A stretch of DNA of 64,000 bases from Thermoanaerobaculia bacterium (GCA_035498405.1 DATKAE010000011.1:226-64225), one strand, 5' to 3'. Shown: positions 1 through 9,649, counted from the stretch's first letter. Numbers and translations are program-made. Notes: generated by a model from the letters alone, not told the origin.

Positions 1-65
1 TCCGGTTCCGGATCGACCGACTCGGGCCTGGCGCCGTAGGCGTCGTCCCGATCGGCTGACGTGGG

Positions 66-305
66 TCAGGGCTTGTCCGCCGCCTCGAGCGAGTCGATCA
101 ACTTCTGCAGCCGCTGTCGGACCGCTTCCTGTTCCTTCTCGAGGCGCTCGACGGCCCCGCGGGAGTCGGACGCCTCCTTCTCCGAGCGGCGCGCCGACGA
201 TAGGTCTGCCTTCAGCTTTTCGTTCTCCTGCTCGAGTGTGCGCAGGCGGGCAAGCAACTTCTCGATCTTGCGTTCGAGCGTGTCGAAGATTTTCGAGTTA
301 TCCAT
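66..305 (-). CDS. small coiled-coil protein, ZapB-like
   Basis: 79-aa ORF made almost entirely of heptad-type charged/leucine repeats (KIEKLLARLRTLEQENEKLKADL). It lies directly downstream of pheT on the same strand. Family assignment is by resemblance only. Confidence 0.45.
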   Translation of the reverse strand: MDNSKIFDTLERKIEKLLARLRTLEQENEKLKADLSSARRSEKEASDSRGAVERLEKEQEAVRQRLQKLIDSLEAADKP

Positions 306-386
306 CTCGCTCCCGCGAATCCTTCCTCGGCGCCGACACCCGTACCCGCGGCGACGGCGCAGTATTGACTAGGGACCGCCGGCGCG

Positions 387-2477
387 TCAAAGGACCACCC
401 CAAACCGCTCCTGAAGGGCTCTTCCCAGACGCTCGACCTCGGTGTTGACCTCGTCCTGTTCGAGCGTCCGGTCGGGGCTGCGGAAGATCAGCCGCAGCGT
501 CGTCTTGATGGTCCCTTCCGAAACTCCCCTCCCCTCGTACCGGTCGAGCAGCCGCAGCGACTCCAGGTTTCGAAGCTGTTGCTCAAGGACGAAGCGGTCG
601 ACGTCCCCCCAGGGCAGTTCGCGCCGCTGGGCAAAAGAGAGATCCGCGACGATGGGCGGAAAGACCGAGTACGGCCGATAGGTGGCGCGGGGCCCGGGCG
701 GGATCGCCGCCAAGACAACTTCCCCGGCGAAGACCCTCTCGGGCAGGCGACGCCTCTCGCGTTCGGCGCGGGCTACGGCCCCCACGACCGCGAGGACGGC
801 CCCCGACGAGGACCGCGCGAGCGCCGCCGCTCCGGGCGCGAAAGCCTCCGCGTCGAAAGGGCTCCAGAGGAGAGCCTCCGGCGCCATCCAGGGATACAGC
901 AGCCGTTCCAAGATTCCCCTGGCGTCGAAGAAGTCGGCGTTGCGAGTCGCCGGCGGCTCACTCCAGTGCGTCCGCATCTCTCCGCAGAGCGCGAAAGCGA
1001 GGCGTCGCGACTCGAACGATTCCGGCTCCTCCGGGCGCCCTTCCCGATCGAAGGCTCGCCCGATCTCGAAGAGACCGGCGTCGGCGCGCCCCTGGCGCGC
1101 GTTGTGCGAGAGCGCGTCGAGAAGGCCGGGCAGCAGTGTCGCGCGCAGGTGCCGCCGCCCTTCGTCGAGCGGGTTCGAAAGTCGCAGCCGGATCCGCTCG
1201 GCCGCGGCTCCCGAGAGTGCGAGCCACGGGTCGAAAGGTCGTTCCTCGGCCGGATCGGCGAAGGGGAAGCTCACCGTTTCGAAGAGACCGGCATTGGCAG
1301 CGGCGTCGGCGACCCGCTCCTCCACCTCGCGCAGCGGCTCGAGGTACCTTCCAGCGCCCGTCGAGGGCGGCAGGCGCGAAGGCAAGCGATGGTAACCGTG
1401 GACGCGGAGGACCTCCTCGACCAGGTCGTCTTCCCCGCGCACGTCCTGGCGAAAGAGAGGGATCGAGACGTTCAGCCGTCTTCCCCGCCGCTCCACCCCG
1501 AAGCCGAGCCGTCGAAGCGCCTCCTCGGCGAAATCGAGGGTCAGCGTGTCGTCGCCGGACAGCAGGTGCAGCCGCGCCAGACGCAACGCGGCCCGCCGCA
1601 CCCGGAACGGGTTCCCCCGCGCGTCGAGCAAGCCGGGCGCGAGCGTGCCACCGGAACCCTCGAGCACCAGACGCGCCGCCAGGTCGAGCGCCCCCGGAAT
1701 CGCTTCGAGGTCGGCGCCCCGCTCGAACCGGTGCGACGCGTCGGTGTGCAGGCCGAGCCGACGCGAGGTGCGGCGAACGGTGATCGGATCCCACCAGGCC
1801 GCCTCGAGCAGAACATTGCGGGTACTCTCGGTGACCGACGTCTCGAGCCCCCCCATGACTCCCGCCAGGGAAACGGCGCGCTCGGCGTCCGCGACGACCA
1901 GGTCGCTCGCGGTGAGTTGCCGCTCGATGCCATCCAGGGTGACCAGGCGTTCCCCCTTTTCCGCTTTACGGACGATGAGCATGCCGCCCGCGAGCTTGTC
2001 GAAGTCGAACGCGTGGAGCGGCTGACCCGTGTCCCACAGACCGTAGTTGGTCGCATCGACGGCGGAAGAGATCGCCTTCATGCCCAGACGCATCAGCCGC
2101 GACCGTACGCGCTCGGGCGCGGGCCCATTGCGGACTCCGCGAATCATCCGCACGCCGAAGCGGCGGCAGAGCCGCGGAACCTGGTTGATGACCGAGGCCA
2201 GCCGTTCGACGCTCTCGCCGGAGGAAAGAGGCTCGCCCTCGGGGACCGGCCGGCACGCGATTCCCGCCATGGCGGCGACCTCGCGGGCCAGGCCTCGGTG
2301 GCCCATGGCGTCGGGCCGATTGGGGGTGATCTCGACCTCGAGGATGGTGTCCGAACCCGACTGGGACGCCGACTCGGCCGGCAGTCCGGCCTGCTCGAGA
2401 AGTGCGCGCACCCCGGCCGCTCCGCCGCCCGCCTCGACGTCGACATGGTCGTTCAACCACTCGAGCGAGAACTTCAC
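387..2477 (-). CDS. pheT: phenylalanine--tRNA ligase beta subunit
   Basis: ORF 387..2720 trimmed to the in-frame GTG at 2477. This gives the N-terminus VKFSLEWLNDHV typical of PheT, with a GTGA overlap on the pheS stop. ITPNRPD motif; about 696 aa, so apparently a short form lacking the N-terminal tRNA-binding insert. Confidence 0.9.
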   Translation of the reverse strand: MKFSLEWLNDHVDVEAGGGAAGVRALLEQAGLPAESASQSGSDTILEVEITPNRPDAMGHRGLAREVAAMAGIACRPVPEGEPLSSGESVERLASVINQVPRLCRRFGVRMIRGVRNGPAPERVRSRLMRLGMKAISSAVDATNYGLWDTGQPLHAFDFDKLAGGMLIVRKAEKGERLVTLDGIERQLTASDLVVADAERAVSLAGVMGGLETSVTESTRNVLLEAAWWDPITVRRTSRRLGLHTDASHRFERGADLEAIPGALDLAARLVLEGSGGTLAPGLLDARGNPFRVRRAALRLARLHLLSGDDTLTLDFAEEALRRLGFGVERRGRRLNVSIPLFRQDVRGEDDLVEEVLRVHGYHRLPSRLPPSTGAGRYLEPLREVEERVADAAANAGLFETVSFPFADPAEERPFDPWLALSGAAAERIRLRLSNPLDEGRRHLRATLLPGLLDALSHNARQGRADAGLFEIGRAFDREGRPEEPESFESRRLAFALCGEMRTHWSEPPATRNADFFDARGILERLLYPWMAPEALLWSPFDAEAFAPGAAALARSSSGAVLAVVGAVARAERERRRLPERVFAGEVVLAAIPPGPRATYRPYSVFPPIVADLSFAQRRELPWGDVDRFVLEQQLRNLESLRLLDRYEGRGVSEGTIKTTLRLIFRSPDRTLEQDEVNTEVERLGRALQERFGVVL

Positions 2478-3547
2478 GGGCCAACGCCCTCGCGCGAAAA
2501 CTGCGAGAGGAAGCGCTCGTCTCCCTCGAAGAGAAGGCGCAGGTCCGGAAACTCGTAGAGGAGCAGCGCCACGCGGTCGAGCCCGAGGCCGAAGGCAAAA
2601 CCGGTGTATCGCTCGGAATCGATGCCGACACCTTTCAACACCCGCGGGTGCACCATTCCCGCGCCCATGATCTCGATCCATCCCGATTCCTTGCACTTGC
2701 GGCAGCCGGCGCCCTTGCAAAAAATGCAGCTCATCGCCACGTCCACGCCCGGCTCGACGAAGGGGAAGAACGTCGGGATGAACCGCGTGCGCGTTCCGCG
2801 CCCGAAGAGCTCCTCGAGAAACCGCTCGACGGTCCCCTTCAGGTCCGCCATGGCAATTCCCCGGTCCACCACCAGCGCTTCGGCCTGGTGGAAGACGGGC
2901 GAGTGCGTCGCGTCCACCTCGTCCCGGCGGTAGACGCGCCCCGGCACCAGGATTCGCAGCGGAGCGCCGCGCTTCTCCATCTCGCGCACCTGGACCGGAG
3001 AAGTGTGGGTCCGCAGCAAGAGCGGCGAGGGCGCCTTCCGGTCCACGAGGAGCGTGTCCTGGGAATCCCGCGCCGGGTGCTCGGGCGGGAAGTTCAACGC
3101 TTCGAAGTTGTGGCGATCGTTCTCGAGCTCCGGGCCGTCGGCAATCGAGTAGCCCATCCTCAGGAAGATCTGCTCGATGCGCCGCCGCACGATCGTGATG
3201 GGGTGCAATCCCCCCGCGCGCGGCCGGCGGGCGGGCAGGCTCACGTCCACCGCCTCGGCGGCCTCGCGGACTTCGGCCTCCCGGCGGGAGAGCGTCTCTC
3301 CCATCCGTTCGATGGCTTCTTCGATCTCCCGCTTGGCCGCATTGGCCCGTGCGCCGTAGGCGGCCCGCTCCTCCGGGGGCAGCGCCTTGACGCCCGCAAA
3401 GAGGGCGGGCACCATTCCCCTCTCACGCCCGAGGTAGCGCCCCTTCAGCCTCTCGAACTCGGCGCGCGAAGAGACCCCACGCCCTTCTTCCTCGCGGAAG
3501 GCGGCGAGGACCTGCGCGACGGGATCGCCCGAGCCGCTGGTCGTCAA
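2474..3547 (-). CDS. pheS: phenylalanine--tRNA ligase alpha subunit
   Basis: 357 aa with FPPEHPARD, RTHTSPVQ and GFAFGLGLDRVALL class II aaRS motifs; TTG start. Confidence 0.93.
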   Translation of the reverse strand: MTTSGSGDPVAQVLAAFREEEGRGVSSRAEFERLKGRYLGRERGMVPALFAGVKALPPEERAAYGARANAAKREIEEAIERMGETLSRREAEVREAAEAVDVSLPARRPRAGGLHPITIVRRRIEQIFLRMGYSIADGPELENDRHNFEALNFPPEHPARDSQDTLLVDRKAPSPLLLRTHTSPVQVREMEKRGAPLRILVPGRVYRRDEVDATHSPVFHQAEALVVDRGIAMADLKGTVERFLEELFGRGTRTRFIPTFFPFVEPGVDVAMSCIFCKGAGCRKCKESGWIEIMGAGMVHPRVLKGVGIDSERYTGFAFGLGLDRVALLLYEFPDLRLLFEGDERFLSQFSREGVGP

Positions 3548-3626
3548 TCTCGGATCGCGAATCGCGGCCGGACCGAGTCGGGGACCGCCCGCGATTCTCG
3601 ACTACCGATTCGCGATTGCCGAGCCA

Positions 3627-3989
3627 TTACACGGCGCCGAGCGCCTGCTTGGCGATCCCCACCAGCTGCGTGAAGGCTCCCGGATCGGTCATGGCCAGAT
3701 CGGCGAGCATCTTTCGATTGATGTCGTTGCCCGCCTTCTTCAGGCCGTCCATGAGGCGGCTATAGGAGATTTCGTTCTCCCGGGCCGCGGCGTTGATCCG
3801 AACGATCCACAGCCCGCGGAACTCGCGCTTCTTCGCACGGCGGTCACGGTAGGCATACGCAAGCGACTTCTCCACCTGGAGCTTCGCCATGCGATAGGAC
3901 TTCGACTTCGTCCCGTAGTAGCCCTTGGCCAGGCCGAGCACCTTCGCCCGGCGGTTCTTCCTCTTGGGTCCTCGTTTGACGCGTGGCAT
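3627..3989 (-). CDS. rplT: 50S ribosomal protein L20
   Basis: 120 aa, [18 protein letters not shown]... and [22 protein letters not shown] are typical of bL20. Confidence 0.95.
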   Translation of the reverse strand: MPRVKRGPKRKNRRAKVLGLAKGYYGTKSKSYRMAKLQVEKSLAYAYRDRRAKKREFRGLWIVRINAAARENEISYSRLMDGLKKAGNDINRKMLADLAMTDPGAFTQLVGIAKQALGAV

Positions 3990-4085
3990 CGCAAACTCTC
4001 CTCGTCAGGAATGAATGGTCGGGCGCGCGCCGGCGGGCGTTCGAGGCGCGGATCGCCTCGCCCGGCCCTCGCGCCGGCAGCGCCG

Positions 4086-4283
4086 TCAGGCGTAGGGCAG
4101 CATCTCCCGGACGCGCCGAATGTCCGCGGAGGACACGACGGTCGCCTGGGCGAGTCCACGCTTCCGGCCTGGCCCCTTCTTGGTCAGGATGTGGCTCTTG
4201 TAGGCCTTGGCCCGCTTGAACTTGCCCGACGCCGTACGCCGGAAGCGTTTGGCGGCGCCTCGATGGGTCTTCAGTTTCGGCAT
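4086..4283 (-). CDS. rpmI: 50S ribosomal protein L35
   Basis: 65 aa, [24 protein letters not shown]. Confidence 0.95.
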   Translation of the reverse strand: MPKLKTHRGAAKRFRRTASGKFKRAKAYKSHILTKKGPGRKRGLAQATVVSSADIRRVREMLPYA

Positions 4284-4317
4284 GATCGGTTTCCTTTCGT
4301 CAGGGGGAAGGGGGCGT

Positions 4318-4878
4318 TCACCGGTCGGCGCTCCGCGACGCGGCCACCTTGGCGCCCTTCTCGTGCACGCGCACGGGAGCCAGGATCTGGTAGAGCCGGT
4401 TGCCCAACATTTCGGAGCGCGACTCCGCGACGGCCTTGCCGGTCAGGTCCTGGAGCAGCCGGTCGAGGACCTTCTGCCCGTTCTCCCGCCGCGCCATCTC
4501 GCGGCCTCGGAACTGAACGGTCGCCTTGACCTTGTCCCCATGGGCCAGGAACTTGACGATGTTCTTCACCTTGAACTCATAGTCGTGATCGTCGATGTTC
4601 GGGCGAAACTTCACTTCCTTGACCTGAGTCGTCTTCTGCTTCTTCTTGGAGTCCTGCTGTTTCTTCTTCTGCTGATAAATGAACTTTCCGAAGTTCATGA
4701 TCCGGCAGACCGGCGGGTTGGCGGTCGGCGCGATCTCGACCAAGTCGAGAGCGACGTCGCGCGCCTTCTGGAGCGCGTCGGCCATCGCGACGATCCCGAG
4801 GGGCTCGCCCCCTTCCCCGATCAACCGGACCTCTTTCCAGCGGATCTGCTCGTTGACCCGAATGCTCTTCTTATCGAT
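4318..4878 (-). CDS. infC: translation initiation factor IF-3 (non-canonical ATC start)
   Basis: The track ORF starts at an internal codon. Extending in frame gives [30 protein letters not shown] back to a TGA stop. The first codon after that stop region is ATC (4878-4876), 5 nt after GGAGGTG. The C-terminal domain ([14 protein letters not shown]) is typical of IF3. Confidence 0.85.
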   Translation of the reverse strand: MDKKSIRVNEQIRWKEVRLIGEGGEPLGIVAMADALQKARDVALDLVEIAPTANPPVCRIMNFGKFIYQQKKKQQDSKKKQKTTQVKEVKFRPNIDDHDYEFKVKNIVKFLAHGDKVKATVQFRGREMARRENGQKVLDRLLQDLTGKAVAESRSEMLGNRLYQILAPVRVHEKGAKVAASRSADR

Positions 4879-6823
4879 CTTTCACCTCCGCGACAAACTC
4901 CTTCCTCCTCGACGCGACCGCCCCCGCGGCGGCCGCTGCGAAGTCCTCCACCCGCATCGTCCCTGCGTCGCCTCCGTGCCTCAGGCGGACGGCCACGGTC
5001 CCCGCCGAGGCTTCCTTCTCGCCGATCACGAGCATCGCGGGAATCTTCTCCAGTTCCGCCTTTCGGATTCGGGCACCGAGCTTCTCGTTGCGCGCGTCGG
5101 TCTCGACGCGCAGACCCGCCGCGAACAACCGGCGCGCCGCCGCGTGGGCGGCCTCCGCGAAACGATCGGAGACCGGCAGCACCACGGCCTGCACGGGCGC
5201 GATCCAGAACGGGAAGCTCCCCGCCGTGTGCTCGATCAGGATGCCGAGGAACCGCTCCAGGGAGCCCAGGATGGCGCGGTGCAGGACGACGGGCCGGTGC
5301 CTCTCGCCATCCTCTCCGACGTAGGTCAGGTCGAAGTTCTCCGGCTGAGAGAAGTCGCACTGAATGGTCCCGAGCTGCCAAGCCCGTCCGATCGCGTCCT
5401 TGACCCGAAAGTCGATCTTCGGGCCGTAGAAGGCGCCATCGCCCGGGGTCACCACGTGGGGCCGGCCGGCCCTCTTCAGCGCGGCGTCGAGCGCCGCCTC
5501 GCCACGGTCCCACAGCTCGTCTGACCCCATGCGCTTCTCGGGGCGCAGGCCCAGCGAGATCTCGACCTGCTCGAAGCCGAACGCGCCGTACACGAAGTCC
5601 AGAAACTCGAGGAAGGCGAGAATCTCGGACTCGACCTTCTCGAGCGGCGTGAAGATGTGCCCGTCGTCCGTCACGAAGGTGCGCACGCGCGTCAAGCCTG
5701 CCGTCACCCCCGACAGCTCGTAACGGTGGAGGCGGCCGAAATCGGCGAAGCGCACCGGCAGGTCGCGATAGGACCAAAGGCGAGACTGATACATCAAGAA
5801 GTGGCCGGGGCAGTTCATCGGTTTGACACCGAATTCGCGCTCTTCGGCTTCCGTGAAGAACATGTGCTCGCGGTAGTTGGCGAGGTGACCCGAAGTCTTG
5901 AAGAGCGCGACATCGAAGATCTGCGGCGTCACGACCTCGTCGTAGCCTCGCTTCCGGTATTCGGAGCGCAGGAGCTCGATCAGGCCGTTGTAGAGCGCCG
6001 CCCCCTTCGGCAGGAAGAAGGGAGACGCCGGCGCCCAGGGGTGGAAGACGAAGAGCTCGAGCTCCTTGCCCAACTTTCGGTGGTCGCGGGCCTTCGCCTC
6101 CTCGAGGCGCGTCAGATGCTCGTCGAGCTCCTTCTGGGTCAGGAACGAGGCCCCGTAGATGCGCTGCAGCATCGGGTTCTTCTCGTCGCCCTTCCAATAG
6201 GCGCCGGCGGTGTGCGTCAGCTTGAAGACGCCGAGCCGCCCGGTCGAGGGCACGTGCGGACCCCGGCAGAGGTCGATGAAGTCCTTCTGCCGGTAGCAGG
6301 ACACCCGATCGTCCGGAATGCCCCGGATGATTTCGACTTTCAACGCGTCGTTCTGCCCCTCGAAGATCCGGACCGCCTCCTCCTTGGACATCTCGAGGCG
6401 CTCGATCGGGTTGTCCTCCGCAACGATTCGGCGCATCTCCGCCTCGATCGCCTCCAGATCCTCGGGCGTGAATGCGCGCTTCGGGTTGAAGTCGTAGTAG
6501 TAGCCATTCTCGATGGCGGGCCCGATGCCGATCTGGACATCGGGAAAGAGGCGCTTGACGGCGTTGGCGGTCAAGTGCGCCGTCGAGTGCCGGTAGACAT
6601 CGAGGGCCTCGGAGCTCTTGGGCGTCAGGATTTCGACGGCGGCGTCCGCCTCGACGGGCCGGGAAAGGTCCACGACCCTGCCATCGAGCTTCGCGGCCAG
6701 CGCGTCCTTGGCCAGGCGGGGGCCGATCGAGGCCGCGATCTGGGCCAGAGTCGTTCCCCTCGGCACGACCTTCGTCGAGCCGTCGGGGAGTCGAACCGTC
6801 ACCACCTGCGCCAGGGCTTCCAT
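4871..6823 (-). CDS. thrS: threonine--tRNA ligase
   Basis: 650 aa with a TGS-like N-terminus, an editing domain (HSTAHL), class II core motifs and an anticodon-binding C-terminus. Confidence 0.95.
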   Translation of the reverse strand: MEALAQVVTVRLPDGSTKVVPRGTTLAQIAASIGPRLAKDALAAKLDGRVVDLSRPVEADAAVEILTPKSSEALDVYRHSTAHLTANAVKRLFPDVQIGIGPAIENGYYYDFNPKRAFTPEDLEAIEAEMRRIVAEDNPIERLEMSKEEAVRIFEGQNDALKVEIIRGIPDDRVSCYRQKDFIDLCRGPHVPSTGRLGVFKLTHTAGAYWKGDEKNPMLQRIYGASFLTQKELDEHLTRLEEAKARDHRKLGKELELFVFHPWAPASPFFLPKGAALYNGLIELLRSEYRKRGYDEVVTPQIFDVALFKTSGHLANYREHMFFTEAEEREFGVKPMNCPGHFLMYQSRLWSYRDLPVRFADFGRLHRYELSGVTAGLTRVRTFVTDDGHIFTPLEKVESEILAFLEFLDFVYGAFGFEQVEISLGLRPEKRMGSDELWDRGEAALDAALKRAGRPHVVTPGDGAFYGPKIDFRVKDAIGRAWQLGTIQCDFSQPENFDLTYVGEDGERHRPVVLHRAILGSLERFLGILIEHTAGSFPFWIAPVQAVVLPVSDRFAEAAHAAARRLFAAGLRVETDARNEKLGARIRKAELEKIPAMLVIGEKEASAGTVAVRLRHGGDAGTMRVEDFAAAAAGAVASRRKEFVAEVKDR

Positions 6824-6875
6824 TTTCCTCTCTTCAGAAACGAAAAACGCGGGTCACCCCGCGTCCGATTCGTGT

Positions 6876-6951
6876 TGGTAGGCGCTAACGGGATCGAACC
6901 GTTGACCTCTACCGTGTGAAGGTAGCGCTCTTCCAGCTGAGCTAAGCGCCT
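6876..6951 (-). tRNA. tRNA-Val (anticodon CAC), CCA encoded
   Basis: Reverse complement reads AGGCGCT TA GCTC AGCTGGAA GAGC G CTACC TTCACAC GGTAG AGGTC AACGG TTCGATC CCGTT AGCGCCT A CCA. Full cloverleaf, 76 nt. Confidence 0.9.
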
Positions 6952-6969
6952 TCGCCTTTGAAACGAAGT

Positions 6970-7044
<75 letters not shown>

Positions 7045-7277
7045 TCCGAGTGTCCCGAGAAGTTCCTCGGGGGGCTACGGGCCGGGAGCCCGCGGGGCTT
7101 TTCGGGAAATCCGGGCCGCCTCGCGACCCGCCTTTCCTCATCCCGACCTTCGTCCCTGATTGAAAAAGAACACGCCGGCCCACGGAGCGCCGGAAAGGCC
7201 GGAAATTTAGCACAAAGCCGGGCGGCCGGCGAATCGGTCCCGGGCGGTTCGGTGTTAGGTTTTCTCGATGGCTTCCT

Positions 7278-7305
7278 TCCCTCGCCCCTCGCCCCTCGCC
7301 CCTGC
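7278..7305. repeat. tandem CCCTCGC heptad repeat (G-tracts on the minus strand) abutting the GT2 start codon
   Basis: tccctcgcccctcgcccctcgcccctgcccATG. The same heptad recurs at 9611-9640 and, as its complement GCGAGGG/GTGAGGG, at 37769-37813. Confidence 0.6.
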
Positions 7306-7307
7306 CC

Positions 7308-8312
7308 ATGAAGCTCGTTATTCAGATCCCGGCCTGGAACGAGGAGCAGTCGCTGCCGCAAACGCTGGCCTCCCTGCCGCGGCGTTTGGCGCCTTTTCGC
7401 GAGGTGGCGATTCTCGTCGTCGATGACGGCTCGACGGACGGCACCGCCGAGGCGGCCCTGACGGGCGCCGACCGACTGGTGCGGTTGCCCGGCCACGCCG
7501 GCCTCGCCGCAGCCTTCCGCGCGGGACTCGACGCCGCGCTCGATCTGGGCGCCGACGTGATCGTCAACCTCGACGCCGACGGGCAATATGACCCGGCCGA
7601 CATCCCCGCGCTGGTCGCGCCGATTCTTGCCGGCAAGGCCGACCTCGTGATTGGGGATCGCGGGCCGGGCACCCTGGCCCACTTCTCGCCAGCCAAGCGC
7701 CTGCTGCAGCGGCTCGGGAGCTGGGTCGTCCAGCAGGCGGCCGGAATCCGAGTCGCCGATGCGGCATCCGGATTCCGGGCCTTTTCGCGCGAGGCCGCGC
7801 GTCGGTTGAACGTGTTCTCGCGAATGACCTACACGCTGGAGACGCTCATCCAGGCCGGCTCGAAGGGATTGCGGGTGGCTTCCGTCCCCGTGCGCGCCCA
7901 CGAGACGCACCGGCGCTCGCGCCTGTTCGCCTCGGTTCCGCGATACGTCCTGGTCCAGGGCGCGAACATCCTTCGCATCACGGCGCTCTACAAGCCGCTC
8001 AAGTTCTTCTCGGCGGCGGCCGCGCTGTTTCTTCTCGCGGGCCTCGCGCTCGGCGCCCGCTACCTCTACTACTTCTTCTTCGTCACCGAGCGGGCCGGGG
8101 GACACGTCCAGTCGCTGATCCTCGCGGCCGTGCTGATCCTGGTCGGTGTGCTGACATTCCTGATCGCGCTCTTGGCCGACCTGGTTTCGATCAACCGGAT
8201 GCTTCTCGAGGAGATGAAGCTGCGGGAGACGGAGAAGACGGCCGCGGTCGCCCTGCCTGACGCCGACGCGCGCGGCCAGTCGAAGCCGCTCCCCCGAGAT
8301 CCTCGCGGCTGA
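7308..8312 (+). CDS. family 2 glycosyltransferase (dolichyl/polyprenyl-phosphate sugar transferase-like) with C-terminal TM segments
   Basis: IQIPAWNEE..., [10 protein letters not shown] and DADGQY motifs, with two hydrophobic C-terminal helices. Confidence 0.85.
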   Translation: MKLVIQIPAWNEEQSLPQTLASLPRRLAPFREVAILVVDDGSTDGTAEAALTGADRLVRLPGHAGLAAAFRAGLDAALDLGADVIVNLDADGQYDPADIPALVAPILAGKADLVIGDRGPGTLAHFSPAKRLLQRLGSWVVQQAAGIRVADAASGFRAFSREAARRLNVFSRMTYTLETLIQAGSKGLRVASVPVRAHETHRRSRLFASVPRYVLVQGANILRITALYKPLKFFSAAAALFLLAGLALGARYLYYFFFVTERAGGHVQSLILAAVLILVGVLTFLIALLADLVSINRMLLEEMKLRETEKTAAVALPDADARGQSKPLPRDPRG

Positions 8313-8336
8313 CGGTGAGGTGGCGCCGCCGGAACC

Positions 8337-8918
8337 CTACGCCCAGTCGCCGGGCTTGCGAGAAAGCACGGGCGCGCCCTCGAGCACCGTCAGGATGGCC
8401 CGCGTGTTCTCCGCCACGGCGTAGAGAATGCGGTCCTCGGGTCTCGCGTATTGGCTGCGGATCGCGGACTCGAACTGCGCCAGCAGGGGATCGAAATACC
8501 CGCCGATGTTGGCGATCACGATCGGTTTGCCGTGGATGCCGAGCTGCTTCCAGGTCAGCATCTCGATGATCTCCTCCATCGTTCCGAAGCCGCCCGGGAA
8601 GGCGACGAAGGCGTCGGCCAAGTCGAACAACCGTTGCTCGCGCTCGTGCATGGTCGAGACCCGCTCGAGCTCCGTCAGTCCCTGATGCGCCGACTCCCGG
8701 CCCTCGAGGGCCTTCGGGATCACACCGATCACCTTCCCGCCCGCCCCGAGAACCTCGTCGGCGAGCGCGCCCATCAGACCGCGCGAGGAGCCGCCGTAGA
8801 CGAGCGTGACGCCGCGAGACGCGAGCTCCCGCCCGAAGGACCGTACTTCCCTCTCCACCGGCTCGTTGCGGACGGCGGCGCTGCTGCTGCAGTAGACACA
8901 GACACGTTTCAGGTCCAT
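8337..8918 (-). CDS. LOG-family (TIGR00730-type) nucleotide phosphoribohydrolase
   Basis: 193 aa with GGSSRGLMG and PGGFGTMEEI motifs. Confidence 0.85.
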   Translation of the reverse strand: MDLKRVCVYCSSSAAVRNEPVEREVRSFGRELASRGVTLVYGGSSRGLMGALADEVLGAGGKVIGVIPKALEGRESAHQGLTELERVSTMHEREQRLFDLADAFVAFPGGFGTMEEIIEMLTWKQLGIHGKPIVIANIGGYFDPLLAQFESAIRSQYARPEDRILYAVAENTRAILTVLEGAPVLSRKPGDWA

Positions 8919-8939
8919 TGCGGAGATCTTACAGGGGCT

Positions 8940-9554
8940 TCACGGCCGGCCCGATTGTTTTCGAGGGCCGCCCTCGGCGGAGTGCCGGCTCCCCGGTGTG
9001 TCGAGCGGCACACCCTGCCGGCAGAGAGGGCAGCCCTCCGCTGGCCAGGCCGGAACCGAGAGCGTGAGCAACGACCGCGAGGGCACCGAGAGAGCGCCAG
9101 CCGGAATTCCTCGATCCACGATCGACCCGGCAGCCACCACGGACCCGCCGGCCGACTCGACGGCTTCGATCGCTTCCCGGGTTGACTTGCCCGTCGTGAA
9201 GACGTCCTCGACGATCACCGCGGGCTCGCCCGACTCGAGACGAAATCCGCGGCGCAGCCCGAACCGGCCCTCCTGCCGCTCCACGAAGAGAAACCGCGTC
9301 GAAAGCGCGCGAGCAGTTTCGTGCCCGATGATCAGGCCGCCGAGGGCGGGGGAAACGACGACGCTCGGGCGGAACTCGCCCAGTTGCTCCGCCAGCGCTC
9401 GGCCCGCCGCCTCGGCCCGCTCGGGCCACATCAGGAGTCGCGCGCACTGGAGGTAGGTGTCGGAGTGCAGCCCGCTCGAAAGACGAAAGTGTCCCTTCAG
9501 CAAGGCTCCGGTGTCGATGAAATCCTGCAGGCTGATCACGGCGGAAAGATACAA
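8940..9554 (-). CDS. pyrE: orotate phosphoribosyltransferase
   Basis: GHFRLSSGLHSDTYLQCARLL and the PRPP-binding loop VIVEDVFTTGKS. The start is uncertain: TTG at 9554 or GTG at 9539. Confidence 0.7.
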   Translation of the reverse strand: MYLSAVISLQDFIDTGALLKGHFRLSSGLHSDTYLQCARLLMWPERAEAAGRALAEQLGEFRPSVVVSPALGGLIIGHETARALSTRFLFVERQEGRFGLRRGFRLESGEPAVIVEDVFTTGKSTREAIEAVESAGGSVVAAGSIVDRGIPAGALSVPSRSLLTLSVPAWPAEGCPLCRQGVPLDTPGSRHSAEGGPRKQSGRP

Positions 9555-9648
9555 GGGGTTAGGGGTTAGGGGTTAGGAAAGAGATACAAAGGCCAGAACT
9601 GTGGTATTAGCCTCGCCCCTCGCCCCTCGCCCCTCAACCCTAACCCCT
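9555..9648. repeat. intergenic inverted G-tract repeat: (GGGGTTA)x3 on the plus strand facing (CCTCGCC)x3 + CCCTAACCCC
   Basis: 9555-9577 reads ggggttaggggttaggggttagg. 9611-9648 reads cctcgcccctcgcccctcgcccctcaaccctaacccctg. The outer parts are reverse complements of each other. Confidence 0.7.
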
Positions 9649-9649
9649 G

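Noticed and set aside
9555-9648. Heptad repeats as a CRISPR array or as a true telomere.
   Set aside because: The units are 7 nt with no spacers and only three copies. The locus is internal, between two chromosomal genes on the same strand. Neither a CRISPR nor a replicon end fits.
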